Shown: positions 20,923-32,341, counted from the first letter of the stretch. The stretch: DNA of 64,000 nt from Candidatus Kapaibacterium sp. (GCA_963665665.1 OY762428.1:3168001-3232000), one strand, 5' to 3'. The notes: a model not told the origin generated them from the letters alone. Numbers and translations: made by a program.

Positions 20923-23301
20923 ATGAAGATATTCGAGGCAATATGCTTTTGCTTAATTATGATTTTTGCAGTAACCAACTATTCGGAAGCAACGGAAAGA
21001 ACAAACTTTGTAAGGGGCAGAATTGTAGATGCTGATGTTAAAACGGCTATTGTGGGTGCGACAGTTCAGGTGCTGACAACTGAACCGGCAAGAGGCGGAT
21101 ATACTGATAAAAACGGTGAATTTAAAATTGACGGCGTACCGCTGGGAAGGCATACTTTAAGAATAACATCCATAGGATACAAACCAAAAATTATTGATAA
21201 TGTTATTGTAATATCCGGTAAAGAAACCTACCTGAATGTATATATGGATGAAAGTGTAATACAAACTGAAGATATTAAAGTGGTTGCTAATAAAAACCAC
21301 TCTGAATCAATTAATGAGATAATTACAAATAGTGTTGTAACTTTTGAACCGGAAACTATTAACAGGTTTGCCGGCGCCAGGGGAGATATTAGTAAAATTG
21401 CGGCTACAAGTGCCGGCGCTGTAAGCAGTGCGAACCTGAGAAATGATATTATTATCCGTGGAAACTCTCCGCTCGGAGTGTTGTGGATGGTAGAAGGGGC
21501 CGAAATTCCAAATCCGAACCATTTTATGGTATCTGCTTCCGGCGGCGGGATCTTTGGTATTATAAATAATAACATGCTTGCATCAAGCGACTTTATGACC
21601 GGGGCTTTCCCGGCTGAATACGGCAACAAAATGGCGGGTGCATTCGATGTGAAGCTGAGAAACGGGAATAACAAAAACTACGAGCACACTTTTCAGTTGG
21701 GGCTTAACGGGCTGGAATTCGGATCGGAAGGCCCTTTCAGCAGCGACAGCAGGGCATCTTATGTTGCAAATGGGCGATTCGTAACATTGCAGCCTGTTAC
21801 TGCCATGGGTGTGGATATTGAAGTGGATGCTGTCCCGGAATACATGGACGGAACTTTTAAAGTAAACCTGCCGACTGATGACATAGGTTCATTGTCTGTC
21901 TGGGGGCTGGGCGGATACAGCAATGTAAATATGAAGGACAGCGAGGACGAAGATATAAACTGGACTGATTCAACTGTGATTGAAGATACGAAAATGAGAT
22001 CGAGTATGTATGCCATTGGAATGAACCACAAATGTTTTTTTGGCGATAACACGCTCGGCGAATTCATCCTTTCAAATTCTGCCAGTATTATCCGGACAGA
22101 AGATGAAAATGTTTACCTGAATAAACCCAAAATAAAAGAAGAAAAATTCGAAGGAACCGAGGGAAGATTTCTTGCTAAATATCTTCTTACCCATAAATTC
22201 AACAGGAATATTCTAATCAGGGCGGGGCTTTCATATACCTTACTTTACTATGACCTGGATATGTTTGCCTGGAATGAGGATGAAAATAAATATCGCACTA
22301 CTCTTGCAGAGAAGAATAACTCAGGTTTATTCAGAACTTTCATGCACTGGCAGTGGCGTCCAAATGAAATTATCGAACTAAATGCCGGTATGAATTATCA
22401 GCAGTTACAACTAAATAATACAAAATCAATAGAACCCAGGGCCTCAATAAAAATAAATACAAGTGAAACACAAAGCATTTCTTTTGCTTACGGATTACAC
22501 AGCCAGGTTCACCCCCTGCTATATTATTTCTATCAGTTTGAAAAAGACGGGGAAATGGTCGCAACAAATAAAAATCTTGAAATGAGTAAAGCTCATCACT
22601 TTGTTCTGGGTTTCCAGGAATCTATAAACAGTGATTTTTTTGTAAAAGCTGAAGCTTACTACCAGGATCTGTATGATATACCGGTTTCCAAAACCGAAGG
22701 CGATGAATATTATTCTTTTTCTAATCTCGGAGGTGTGTTCCATTTCGATCCCGAACCGGATCTTGTAAATGACGGTAAAGGCAAAAACTATGGCCTTGAT
22801 ATAACATTGAGCAAAAGAATGAGTAACGGGTACTATATGATGCTGACCGGCTCACTGTTTGAATCAAAATATACCGACGGGCTTGGCCGCGAACACAGCA
22901 CGGCTTTTGATCTGGGACATGTTGTAAACTTCCTGGGTGGTATTGAATATGAACTTGATGACGATAGTAAATATACTCTCTCGGCAGACTTTAAAATGAC
23001 TCACTCCGGCGGAAGAAGAGCCATGCCTGTTGATATAGCAGCATCTATGGCTGAAAAAGACGTTGTTTACGATAATACAAGGCCTTATGAAAATCAGTAC
23101 GACGATTATTTCGCCCTGGACCTGAAGATCGGTTTTAATATTAATATGGAATCAGTTACACATAATTTCTTTATTGCCGCTGACAATGTAACCAATCAAA
23201 AGAATGTTTTCGAGGAGGAATGGGACAGCGCGGAAAACAAACTTGACAAGCAGTATCAACTGGGAATTTTCCCCTATCTCGGCTACAGGCTTAATTTTTA
23301 G
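20923..23301 (+). CDS. TonB-dependent receptor with carboxypeptidase-regulatory-like N-domain
   Basis: GRIVD...GATV N-domain; NDIIIRGNSP and PNPNHF plug motifs; GAFPAEYGN; terminal YRLNF. Confidence 0.9.
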   Translation: MKIFEAICFCLIMIFAVTNYSEATERTNFVRGRIVDADVKTAIVGATVQVLTTEPARGGYTDKNGEFKIDGVPLGRHTLRITSIGYKPKIIDNVIVISGKETYLNVYMDESVIQTEDIKVVANKNHSESINEIITNSVVTFEPETINRFAGARGDISKIAATSAGAVSSANLRNDIIIRGNSPLGVLWMVEGAEIPNPNHFMVSASGGGIFGIINNNMLASSDFMTGAFPAEYGNKMAGAFDVKLRNGNNKNYEHTFQLGLNGLEFGSEGPFSSDSRASYVANGRFVTLQPVTAMGVDIEVDAVPEYMDGTFKVNLPTDDIGSLSVWGLGGYSNVNMKDSEDEDINWTDSTVIEDTKMRSSMYAIGMNHKCFFGDNTLGEFILSNSASIIRTEDENVYLNKPKIKEEKFEGTEGRFLAKYLLTHKFNRNILIRAGLSYTLLYYDLDMFAWNEDENKYRTTLAEKNNSGLFRTFMHWQWRPNEIIELNAGMNYQQLQLNNTKSIEPRASIKINTSETQSISFAYGLHSQVHPLLYYFYQFEKDGEMVATNKNLEMSKAHHFVLGFQESINSDFFVKAEAYYQDLYDIPVSKTEGDEYYSFSNLGGVFHFDPEPDLVNDGKGKNYGLDITLSKRMSNGYYMMLTGSLFESKYTDGLGREHSTAFDLGHVVNFLGGIEYELDDDSKYTLSADFKMTHSGGRRAMPVDIAASMAEKDVVYDNTRPYENQYDDYFALDLKIGFNINMESVTHNFFIAADNVTNQKNVFEEEWDSAENKLDKQYQLGIFPYLGYRLNF

Positions 23302-23339
23302 TCAAAAATCTATAAATATAAAAAATGCGGATAATTCAT

Positions 23340-23363
23340 GGGGCTTCGGCCCCTGTTTTTTTT
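23340..23363 (+). terminator. Terminator with UUCG tetraloop
   Basis: ggggc-ttcg-gcccc followed by tgttttttt. Confidence 0.8.
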
Positions 23364-23558
23364 GCGAAGTAAAGAGTTCTAAATATTTAAAAAATTGCTT
23401 ATCGGGATCTCTCGTTCCCCGAAAAATTTTACTCTTATAATAGCTACCTGCTTTGGCTCGTGGATAAGAACGGAGCGACACAGAGGGATAAGATAACATC
23501 GCCTGTTCTGCGCCGGCGAAGGGGGGGGGGCAGGGTAACAGTTATGACTATGAACTCG

Positions 23559-23629
23559 CATCTAAGCCCCTGCTTAGATGTGATGTTTTTTTTCTGTAGA
23601 ATTTACCTTCCCAAGCGGGGCTTGGGAAG
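23559..23629. repeat. Two REP-like palindromes of the AAGC-N3/4-GCTT family
   Basis: catctaagc-ccct-gcttagatg and cttcccaagc-ggg-gcttgggaag; the second matches the copy at 59598. Confidence 0.7.
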
Positions 23630-23724
23630 TATTCAAACGCTATCCATTTATTTATTCTGTAAATGGAAAAGAGTAGTTCAATAACAAAACCCCGGCTGTG
23701 GCAAGCAGTCGGGGCAAACAATTT

Positions 23725-26043
23725 CTATTGGATAACTAATTTGAAATCAAAAATTTTATCAGAGGAAGTTACCTTAATAAAATATGCTCCATTTAATAAA
23801 TCACCCGGTAATTTGTACTGAATATCCTGGCGTATGGCTCCGAAAAGAGATAGTTTTTCTTTCTTTATCGTTCTTCCGCTAAGGTCAATCAATTCAATTA
23901 TTGTCTCACCGGCAAATTCATCATTCAAAGTCAAAGTAATCAAAGAGCCGGGATGAGCGGGATTAGGAAAAATATTTGCCTTAATGCCCTGGGTTTCTTC
24001 AACTGATGTGATCGGATTATATTCTATAGCGCATAAAAAGCCTGCATCATGTTGATATGGAAAATGAGGATCAAAGGCATTGTATATCGGAAAATCATAG
24101 CTTTCTGTCATTCCTGATAGATATATTCTTCCTGTACTGTCAATTGCCGATCCTCTCAATTCATTGAACCACCCTCTTCCTGCAAGATATGAACAATATA
24201 AAACACTATCCAACTTACTACTTATTACCATAACAAAGCCTCTGTTTTCACCCAGAAATTGACTATCCGTCGTTGTTAATGCATCATTTGTAACATCTAA
24301 TTCTCCCCCTTGTCCTGTTCCTGATACAATATAACAATTATCAGGAGTCCGGTCAAACTGAATCATATCATAAGGGTAGGTTTGTCCGTATGTTGAAATT
24401 ATCTCATTTCCGCTCAAAATGTTCTTTTTAATTAAGAACAATACCATACCAGATTCTGTATCCGTAGTTTTATGTGCTCCTGGAGTAGTGGTAATATCTT
24501 CTTCCTCTGTCAAGCCAAATATTTGAAAATTGTTGTTACCAGAATATAATACATATTGGATTCTAAGTAACTCCTCATATGTTTGGTATAATGTAGTTTT
24601 ATAGTCTGATAAATCTAAAAGACTATAATATGCAGAATCGATTTCTGTTGAATAAACATCAACACCTGATAAACAAAGCGTATCTTCAAAAAGAGTACAA
24701 AACATTAACTCGGTTTGTTTTCCTCTTCCGTAATACGAAGAGAATTTAATTTCAGAACCATTAGCGCCTAAAATTGTTATAAATCCGTCAAATTTCTGTT
24801 TCTTTTCTTTTCGTATAGCATTTTCGGTTGTAAATATATTTGTATTTTCATTAATCGATCCAACATGATAACAATTACCTTTGTCGTCTATTTCAATAAA
24901 ATCATGGGAAAAATAACCATCTGCTATTTCCCAAAAAGAACCATTATATAAAGAATCACCTGTATTCGATAGATTTACTGAATAATACATATCATTTCTA
25001 ATAGAAAAATCAGGATTTCCCAAATATGCATGATCACAAACAGGCATAGTATCTCTTGAAAAACCATATAACTTATAGGAACCATCATTAAGAAAGGCTA
25101 TTTTATGTATCATGAATTCCGGAAAATGACTTAACCACAAAGGATATTTCCCGTCCCTGTCAAAACAGCATACGACTCCTTCGACTTCTCCCCGTGCAAT
25201 ATTATATCTTTTCAATGAATCAGGGAAATACATTTTATCAAAAATGTACATTCCGAAAACCGGATTATTATCCTGATTAACACAAATTGACAATCCTGAT
25301 GCATCGGCCCCCCCAAGAAAAGTTGAAAAAACTGTCGGATCGATTATCAATTCCTCTGTTTCGTCATATTTACCGAGTTTAAATGTCAGGTGCTTGCCGT
25401 CGTAAATAACAGGTGAACAATCTATTGGCTGCAATTGATATTCAGATTTTTGAAAAGCTTTCAGCGCCCCGTGCGTATATTCTACATTACCTGAAACAAC
25501 TTTGAAGTTGCCATTATCAGAATAATCAAGATGCCCCTCGCCTTGGAATTCAATTTTCAAATTACCTGGATTAGCACCGGGAGGAAGGATAATATCATAT
25601 CTCGGTTTGTGACTATCAATTGTCAGTTTCAGGCTAAAATCCTGGTAATCAACCGTTATTTCACGATAAGATTTAACCGAAACGGCTTTATTGCTTTTAT
25701 GATCATAAAAGTAATTATGAACAGTCGGTTTCTCACCATTGGTATTCAAATTAATAACTTTATTGCGTTGATTGTCTGATGAAAATAACAACATATAGGC
25801 GCAACCGATTATGGTATCATGAGCATTTGATTCATATTTACCGGGGCTTTTCAGCCCCGGTTTAATATTATAATGATCAAATACAAGCCCGTCCCCGGTT
25901 ATCCATACATTGATACCATCAGCAGAAGCTTTGGCCAATATGTTTTCCGGCCACTGCCCGGCGTTCGGAATAATGGATTCTTCGGAATAAACAAATCCGG
26001 CGGAAAGGAATAAAATACAAAATAAAACTACTGCATTTCTCAT
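23725..26043 (-). CDS. T9SS-secreted protein, SBBP/beta-propeller-repeat type
   Basis: IPNAGQW N-domain, LIIDP..FSTFLGG, SSYYG and CSYLAG repeats, C-terminal IFPNPA sorting domain. Confidence 0.82.
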   Translation of the reverse strand: MRNAVVLFCILFLSAGFVYSEESIIPNAGQWPENILAKASADGINVWITGDGLVFDHYNIKPGLKSPGKYESNAHDTIIGCAYMLLFSSDNQRNKVINLNTNGEKPTVHNYFYDHKSNKAVSVKSYREITVDYQDFSLKLTIDSHKPRYDIILPPGANPGNLKIEFQGEGHLDYSDNGNFKVVSGNVEYTHGALKAFQKSEYQLQPIDCSPVIYDGKHLTFKLGKYDETEELIIDPTVFSTFLGGADASGLSICVNQDNNPVFGMYIFDKMYFPDSLKRYNIARGEVEGVVCCFDRDGKYPLWLSHFPEFMIHKIAFLNDGSYKLYGFSRDTMPVCDHAYLGNPDFSIRNDMYYSVNLSNTGDSLYNGSFWEIADGYFSHDFIEIDDKGNCYHVGSINENTNIFTTENAIRKEKKQKFDGFITILGANGSEIKFSSYYGRGKQTELMFCTLFEDTLCLSGVDVYSTEIDSAYYSLLDLSDYKTTLYQTYEELLRIQYVLYSGNNNFQIFGLTEEEDITTTPGAHKTTDTESGMVLFLIKKNILSGNEIISTYGQTYPYDMIQFDRTPDNCYIVSGTGQGGELDVTNDALTTTDSQFLGENRGFVMVISSKLDSVLYCSYLAGRGWFNELRGSAIDSTGRIYLSGMTESYDFPIYNAFDPHFPYQHDAGFLCAIEYNPITSVEETQGIKANIFPNPAHPGSLITLTLNDEFAGETIIELIDLSGRTIKKEKLSLFGAIRQDIQYKLPGDLLNGAYFIKVTSSDKIFDFKLVIQ

Positions 26044-26047
26044 TATA

Positions 26048-28471
26048 TTACCTGTTTATTTGCAAAGATTTATTATCAATAATAATTCGACCGTCTTTTG
26101 TTAGTAGAATTATATTAACAATATACTGACCGGACGGCAAAGAAGCAACATCCAAAGAAATATCATTACTGTTTTGCGATAAGTTTTTGACGCTTTCGTC
26201 TATATACTTTTTGCCATTGCCATCGTAAATTACTACGGATATTTCTTTTGGAGATTTTGCGCCTATATATAGGTTTATGACATCAATTGCAGGATTTGGG
26301 AATATCCCGTCCGAATCAAAAGATTTGTTATTTTTTATGTTGGGATATAAAGTTTTGCCGCTGATAATTATTGTCGGAGCATCATAAGAATCACGTCCCG
26401 GATCATCCGCAATCTTAGCTTTACATGCGCTTACTTTCCACGAACCGGCTGGAGGTGGGACAGATTGAACCCCCATCCAGCATTCATAAGCTCTTTGGTC
26501 ATTAACATATTGCACAACATTAATTGAGTCCCATTCGTTGTTACCATTCAGTTTATATATCTTGTAATAATCCTCAGCATTCTTATATAAATCAGGAGAT
26601 TCTTTATCCCAGGAATAATTGATATCGTCATCGTAAGAGCGACTTTGCCAATGGAAAACAAAACCATTAGCATCATTTGTATAATGTAATCCTTTGATCT
26701 GTGCAGACCGCATAGTAGCTATCGGCTGACTTAATGAATACATGTTGTCAAAAATAAGATCCATTGATTCTTCAAGCTCATCGTTAGGAACAATATAAGC
26801 TTTGAAGGAATTATAAAATTCATTTTTTGGAATAGTTTGTTCTCTGGGTTCAGATGATTTCAGATCGGGAAATAAACTGACAAACTCAAATAGAATTCGA
26901 CCCAATGAAACATCTTCATTATCTAATCCAAAGAAAGGGCTTGCTCCAAAATCTGAATCATCATAACAATCATATAAATTGTGCATTAAACCTGCCATTC
27001 TGGAAATTCTCTGCTTATAATCCCAACGGGATCCATTGGTTCCCCATGGAGCAACCTTAGGAAAACGCCTCCCTTGTGAATCAAACCTGAACGGATCGGC
27101 TTCATACGAGTATGAAGTATTGTAATACTCATAATCATAATTATTTGAAGCCCATTGCTGGCATTCTTCAGCAAAAAATCTTGCAAATCCTTCACTAAAA
27201 GTTTGAGTTCCAGGTATACCAGTAGTAGGCCTACCAGCCATACTATGATGTACATAATGAGCATATTCATGATACATAACAATTATATAATTGTCACAGG
27301 AAATAGTTGTCATAAGATCAGCATTACTAGCTGAATACTGACCGGATATGTTTGTTTGAGTGCCCCAAAAAAATCTAATACATGGTATGTCGAAAGACAT
27401 ATTATTGTCAAATACAGCTTTAATGAATTCGTTTGCAATTGTGTTATACCTTAATGCTCTCCCTTCAAGTTTTCTCATTTGCAAATCAACATTATTAACT
27501 GTGTAAGATGTTGTAGAATTATTGATAGGAATTACAGATCTGGCATCTTTACTTTCTGACAATAGAGACTGTGATCTATAATTAGAATTTACATTATGCA
27601 CTACATCAAATATATCAGTTTCAGTCATAAAGATAACATCATTTTCAAGGCTGGCTACAATTAGTATTTCCCAATTTTCTTGATCATCAAATTCAAATCC
27701 TGAAAATGAGAAATTAAATTGGTAATTACCATCTTTATCACATTTGGCATAATGTATTCCTTCTATATACTCAGCTGTTGAACCAGACCCTGAAAGTGGA
27801 ACTGGATGATATAATCGCCAGTATTCCTCTCCTATAGGAATCTTTTTCTCTCTGAACCACAGCCTTACATAAGGAAAAGTTGTGTAGTCTTCACAACCAT
27901 CAAATTTATTCCAATCACCATAAGTAACATTTCCTGAAATATTGAATGTATAGACGTTTGAAATAGATGGATTTAAAAAGGAAGTAGTAAGTATTTCATA
28001 GAATTCATAATTTTCAAATGGTATATCCAGTTCTATACCAGATAATGGATCACTGTGTGTCGAAATTGTAGTAGCAACATCAACCGTAAAATCAATTTGT
28101 TCACCATTTTCGAAATTTGGGGATAGATTTTGAATATCCAATCGAATACTTGCAAGTCCCGTATCCTGAACTATTAGTTCATAATCGACTGTGTATGTCG
28201 AACTTTCTTGTACAACATGATAATCGAAAATTCTTTTTTCTGTGTTTGAAGCATCCTCATCCTTATAAACTGGATCAAAAGAAATTCCTACCCAAAGAGT
28301 ATCAGTAACATTAGCTTCGAAAACAGCTCGAACAGTAACAGTATCCCCTAAAATCGGATCGTCAATAACAGAAAATGAACTTAGATTAGCAAGCGGAGGA
28401 TCAGGAAAGGATTCTGATCTCAAAGTACTAATTAAAAATAAAAAACATAAGAAAACACATAAGTATTTCAT
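26048..28471 (-). CDS. T9SS-secreted putative zinc metallopeptidase (gluzincin-like)
   Basis: Signal peptide; HEYAH followed by FSEGFA; C-terminal IFPNPA...LPSGQYIV. Confidence 0.75.
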   Translation of the reverse strand: MKYLCVFLCFLFLISTLRSESFPDPPLANLSSFSVIDDPILGDTVTVRAVFEANVTDTLWVGISFDPVYKDEDASNTEKRIFDYHVVQESSTYTVDYELIVQDTGLASIRLDIQNLSPNFENGEQIDFTVDVATTISTHSDPLSGIELDIPFENYEFYEILTTSFLNPSISNVYTFNISGNVTYGDWNKFDGCEDYTTFPYVRLWFREKKIPIGEEYWRLYHPVPLSGSGSTAEYIEGIHYAKCDKDGNYQFNFSFSGFEFDDQENWEILIVASLENDVIFMTETDIFDVVHNVNSNYRSQSLLSESKDARSVIPINNSTTSYTVNNVDLQMRKLEGRALRYNTIANEFIKAVFDNNMSFDIPCIRFFWGTQTNISGQYSASNADLMTTISCDNYIIVMYHEYAHYVHHSMAGRPTTGIPGTQTFSEGFARFFAEECQQWASNNYDYEYYNTSYSYEADPFRFDSQGRRFPKVAPWGTNGSRWDYKQRISRMAGLMHNLYDCYDDSDFGASPFFGLDNEDVSLGRILFEFVSLFPDLKSSEPREQTIPKNEFYNSFKAYIVPNDELEESMDLIFDNMYSLSQPIATMRSAQIKGLHYTNDANGFVFHWQSRSYDDDINYSWDKESPDLYKNAEDYYKIYKLNGNNEWDSINVVQYVNDQRAYECWMGVQSVPPPAGSWKVSACKAKIADDPGRDSYDAPTIIISGKTLYPNIKNNKSFDSDGIFPNPAIDVINLYIGAKSPKEISVVIYDGNGKKYIDESVKNLSQNSNDISLDVASLPSGQYIVNIILLTKDGRIIIDNKSLQINR

Positions 28472-28902
28472 AAGAAAACCTCAATGAAAAATTAAACATT
28501 ATGAATTGTGCCCGAAGGCTTTTTGCAAATGTTACAAATGGCAGTTCTAACTTGGTATTTTTTTTAGCTCAATCTTTTTAATATTTGGTTCAATAATATT
28601 TCCCTAACCCTTTATTTTAATAGTAATATTGATTTCTTTTCACAAGGTAAAGTGAAAAAATGTAGAAAACAATCCTTAATGTATATTTGTATCTATAGTG
28701 TTGTTAATGTTATTAATTCTATTTTTTTTCAAACAATTAAATATCAGTGAACAACGAACAACCAGGATTCAAATATTATTATTTGATAATAAATGTACCA
28801 GAAATGTTTATAATTTTCATTTGGATGGATCGGATACTGTATCAGAATAATCAAAGCGAATACATCAAAATTTAGAAATTTACTCAGTAAAAAAAAAGAG
28901 AG

Positions 28903-28975
28903 CTACTAAAAATATAGTTGTACTACTAAAAAATTAGTAGTATATTGCATTCAGGATCAACTAAGAATTTAGTAG
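28903..28975 (+). promoter_or_regulatory. Three 18-bp palindromic operators, probably bound by BlaI
   Basis: ctactaaaaatatagttg (28903), ctactaaaaaattagtag (28923), caactaagaatttagtag (28958), directly upstream of the BlaI gene. Confidence 0.75.
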
Positions 28976-28986
28976 AAGAGAATATA

Positions 28987-29361
28987 ATGAAAGAATTGAC
29001 AAAAGCGGAAGAACAGGTAATGCTTATACTCTGGAAAAAAGAGAAAGCATTTGTAAGGGATATAATAAACGAGTTGCCGGATCCGAAACCGGCTTATACA
29101 ACTGTTTCTACAATTGTCCGGATACTGGAAAGCAAGGGATTTGTGAAACATGAAGAGCAGGGCAATATCCATAATTACTATCCTGTTGTAAACCAGGAGG
29201 AATATGCCGGCAGGTTTATGGAGGGCTTTGTTAAAAACTATTTTTCCAATTCCTTCAAGAACCTTGTTTCCTTTTTTTCAAAGCAGGATGATATCAGCAT
29301 CAGCGAGCTTGAAGAGATCAGGCAGATAGTAAATTCAGAAATAAACAGGAAAAAGGATTAA
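28987..29361 (+). CDS. BlaI/MecI/CopY-family transcriptional repressor
   Basis: LTKAEEQVMLILW, PAYTTVSTIVRILESKGFV. Confidence 0.93.
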   Translation: MKELTKAEEQVMLILWKKEKAFVRDIINELPDPKPAYTTVSTIVRILESKGFVKHEEQGNIHNYYPVVNQEEYAGRFMEGFVKNYFSNSFKNLVSFFSKQDDISISELEEIRQIVNSEINRKKD

Positions 29362-29363
29362 AA

Positions 29364-31010
29364 ATGGATATAATCTCTTATCTTGTTGAATCATCGGTTT
29401 GTATGGGAATGTTTTATGTCTTTTATGCCTTAATGCTTCACAGGGGAACGTTTTTTAGCCTGAACAGGTTTGTTATCATTCTCATGATCGGCGTTTCATT
29501 TGTTATTCCTTTCCTGGAATTCAATATCTCTTCTACGCCGATATATCCGGTTAACCAGGAAATAGTAAACAATATTGGCGATTCAATTGTTATTTATTCA
29601 GACAATCAGAACATAGCTTCCGATACGTTTGATTTTTCTAACCTTATATTTTTAATATTTCCTGCAATTTCGCTAATTCTACTTGCCAGGTTTTTAACAG
29701 GACTTATCAGAATACGCCGTACAATAAAACAATCAAAACCGGAACTTGTCTCCGGCAGGGTAATATATTTAAGCGCCGATGAAACCAGCCCTTTCACATT
29801 TATTAATAAAATTGTTTTGCCGGGGAGCGTATTTCATTCAGACAATTTGCAAACGCTCATCAAACATGAATCGGCGCATGCCAGGGGCCTGCATAATATC
29901 GATATCATAGCAATTGAGTTAATTAAAATCTTTTTCTGGTTCAATCCGTTTTTATGGCTGTTTTCAAGAAGAATAAGGGAAGTTCATGAATTTATTGCAG
30001 ACAGATTTGCAACGGAAAATCATACAAAAAACAAATATATAGATACAATGCTTAGCCTGACATTTAGCGCGCAAAATACCGGGCTTGCAAATAACTGGAA
30101 CGGTATAAAACTAATCAAGAGGTTAAAAATGCTTACAAAACCTAAGTCTCCGCTAATATCTATTGTTAGATATTTTTTGATAATTCCTGTATTTACTTTG
30201 CTGATTTTCCTTTTTGCCTGTGAAAAAGGTGAAAAGTTCAGGAGTTTTTCCCATTCTTCTTATGGAAAAGTAGATGAAATGCCAAAGATTTATCCCGAAT
30301 ATCAAAAATTCGGTTCAATGATAAAGGAAAGGCTGAATTTACCGGAAAGCTGGAAGAATAAAACAGCTAAATACATGCTGAGCTACGAAGTAACGAAAGA
30401 AGGGAAATTATGGAATCCCATAATAACGGCTGTAAAAATAGCCGACGAACCAGGATGGAAACATTATAGTATTGATTCAGAAGTAGAAGATCAGATTATT
30501 CGAATTATGAAAGAGATATATCCGAAATTCGAACCGGCATTGAAGAACGGCAAACCTGTTAAACATTACAACGGCATGGCACTGATAGTCGGCGACCCTG
30601 AAATCTGGTATCGGCACAACCTTGGCAGTACTGTTCTGCAGGGAAAAGGAAAAGGTTCCTTGGCAGGACTGAAAGTTCCCTACGAAGAAGCGAAAGAATC
30701 AGGAAAAACCGGAATATCATTACTCAGCAAAAAGCAGGTAAGATATATATTAAACAATATGAATTACCCCGATGAAGCAGAGAAAAACAAGGTCAGTGGC
30801 AAGGTAGAATTATCATTTTTGATAAATTCCAAAGGCAGGCCGGACGACGTTATAGTTGAAGAAGCCCTCGGATACGGATGCGACGAGGAAGCTGTCAGGA
30901 TTATAAAATCGTTGAAAGGATTCAAACCAAATCAAAAATATAAGGGTCGTGAAAGAATTAAATTGACCCTGGAATTTATGTACAGGTATGAAGATACTTT
31001 GAATTCCTGA
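29364..31010 (+). CDS. M56 (BlaR1-like) metallopeptidase fused to TonB C-terminal domains
   Basis: HESAH, FWFNPF, HEFIAD, LIKRLKML; C-terminal YPDEA...GKV.LSF...LGYGCDEEAVR. Confidence 0.9.
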   Translation: MDIISYLVESSVCMGMFYVFYALMLHRGTFFSLNRFVIILMIGVSFVIPFLEFNISSTPIYPVNQEIVNNIGDSIVIYSDNQNIASDTFDFSNLIFLIFPAISLILLARFLTGLIRIRRTIKQSKPELVSGRVIYLSADETSPFTFINKIVLPGSVFHSDNLQTLIKHESAHARGLHNIDIIAIELIKIFFWFNPFLWLFSRRIREVHEFIADRFATENHTKNKYIDTMLSLTFSAQNTGLANNWNGIKLIKRLKMLTKPKSPLISIVRYFLIIPVFTLLIFLFACEKGEKFRSFSHSSYGKVDEMPKIYPEYQKFGSMIKERLNLPESWKNKTAKYMLSYEVTKEGKLWNPIITAVKIADEPGWKHYSIDSEVEDQIIRIMKEIYPKFEPALKNGKPVKHYNGMALIVGDPEIWYRHNLGSTVLQGKGKGSLAGLKVPYEEAKESGKTGISLLSKKQVRYILNNMNYPDEAEKNKVSGKVELSFLINSKGRPDDVIVEEALGYGCDEEAVRIIKSLKGFKPNQKYKGRERIKLTLEFMYRYEDTLNS

Positions 31011-31424
31011 TGATGTAATATTGTATTTTTTATCAACGAACAATATTGGAATATTGATTCCATTTATCAGAGTACAGTTAATATTTACAGAAAATCAAAT
31101 TAACTGTACTCTTTGAGTTAATGTTATTATTATACTTTTTTATTTGCTCAGGCGATTGTCATTTCGATGTGTGCTTCCATAATAAGTTTGGCAGGGGGTG
31201 GTAACTGTATTGTGAAATAATCAAAAATTATGACGAGAGTTATTATGTGGATTCCTGAAACCTGTATCATACGGATATTAATATCAGGTTATATGAATAA
31301 TAGAAAGATGTTGATTGCTTTTTCTATTTTCGTATTTAATGGAATTAAACTACATTTGTAGAATAAATGATATATTGCAGTGGCTGTATTGGCTCATTTG
31401 GGTTTTAAACATTTAGAATAAACG

Positions 31425-32198
31425 ATGATTGAAATAAAAGATCTACATAAGTCCTTCGGCCCGAAAAATGTATTGGATGGTATTGACATGACAATTCCAA
31501 CGGGCGCTACCATGTGTGTTATCGGAAAGTCAGGCTGCGGGAAAAGCGTATTGTTGAAGCATATTGTTGGGTTGCTCGTGCCCGACAGGGGAAGCGTGAA
31601 AGTTGATGGCAGTGAAATTGCGGGGCTTAGCAAAAAGGATTTGTTTGGCCTGAGAAGAAAAATGGGATTTGTTTTCCAGGGTGCGGCTCTTTTCGACAGC
31701 TATACAGTTTACGAAAATGTGGTTACAGGCCTGTATGAACATGGCGAAAGAGACGAAGCGATACTTGAGAACGAAGCCATCAGAGTTCTTTCTGCTGTTG
31801 CCATGCTTCCTGAAAAAACCGGGGAAGGTGACGCGGAATTCCGGAAGGAATGGGAAATACTGAAAAATAAAAAACCTTCCGACCTGTCCGGTGGCATGAG
31901 AAAAAGAGTTGGTGTGGCAAGGGCTCTTGTCGGCAATCCGAAATATGTTTTTTATGATGAGCCTACCACCGGGCTCGACCCCGTAACCTCCGAGCAGATT
32001 GATAATCTTATTGCCGACCTGACAGATAAACTAAATGTTACTTCCCTTGTTATTACGCATGATATGTTCTCGGTTGAAAAAATTGCTGATTCTGTTGTTA
32101 TGCTGAATAATGGCAAAGTACATTTTCAGGGCAGTTATAAAGAACTGCAAAATACAGACAATAAGGTAATCCGTGAATTTATGGAACGCTACGAGTAG
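31425..32198 (+). CDS. ABC ATPase, MlaF/Ttg2A family
   Basis: GKSGCGKS, FQGAALFDS, LSGGMRKRVG, YDEPTTGLDP. Confidence 0.9.
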   Translation: MIEIKDLHKSFGPKNVLDGIDMTIPTGATMCVIGKSGCGKSVLLKHIVGLLVPDRGSVKVDGSEIAGLSKKDLFGLRRKMGFVFQGAALFDSYTVYENVVTGLYEHGERDEAILENEAIRVLSAVAMLPEKTGEGDAEFRKEWEILKNKKPSDLSGGMRKRVGVARALVGNPKYVFYDEPTTGLDPVTSEQIDNLIADLTDKLNVTSLVITHDMFSVEKIADSVVMLNNGKVHFQGSYKELQNTDNKVIREFMERYE

Positions 32199-32341
32199 GG
32201 ATTTGCAAAAGTCCGGCTTAGAATTTTTTACAGACATATAATATAAATGTTTTCTGAAAAAGAAATCAGGCATAAAACAGCCCCGTCGGCGCTGTATTTA
32301 TCCTGGTACAAATATTCCTTCGGGGCTGTAAATCAATAATA

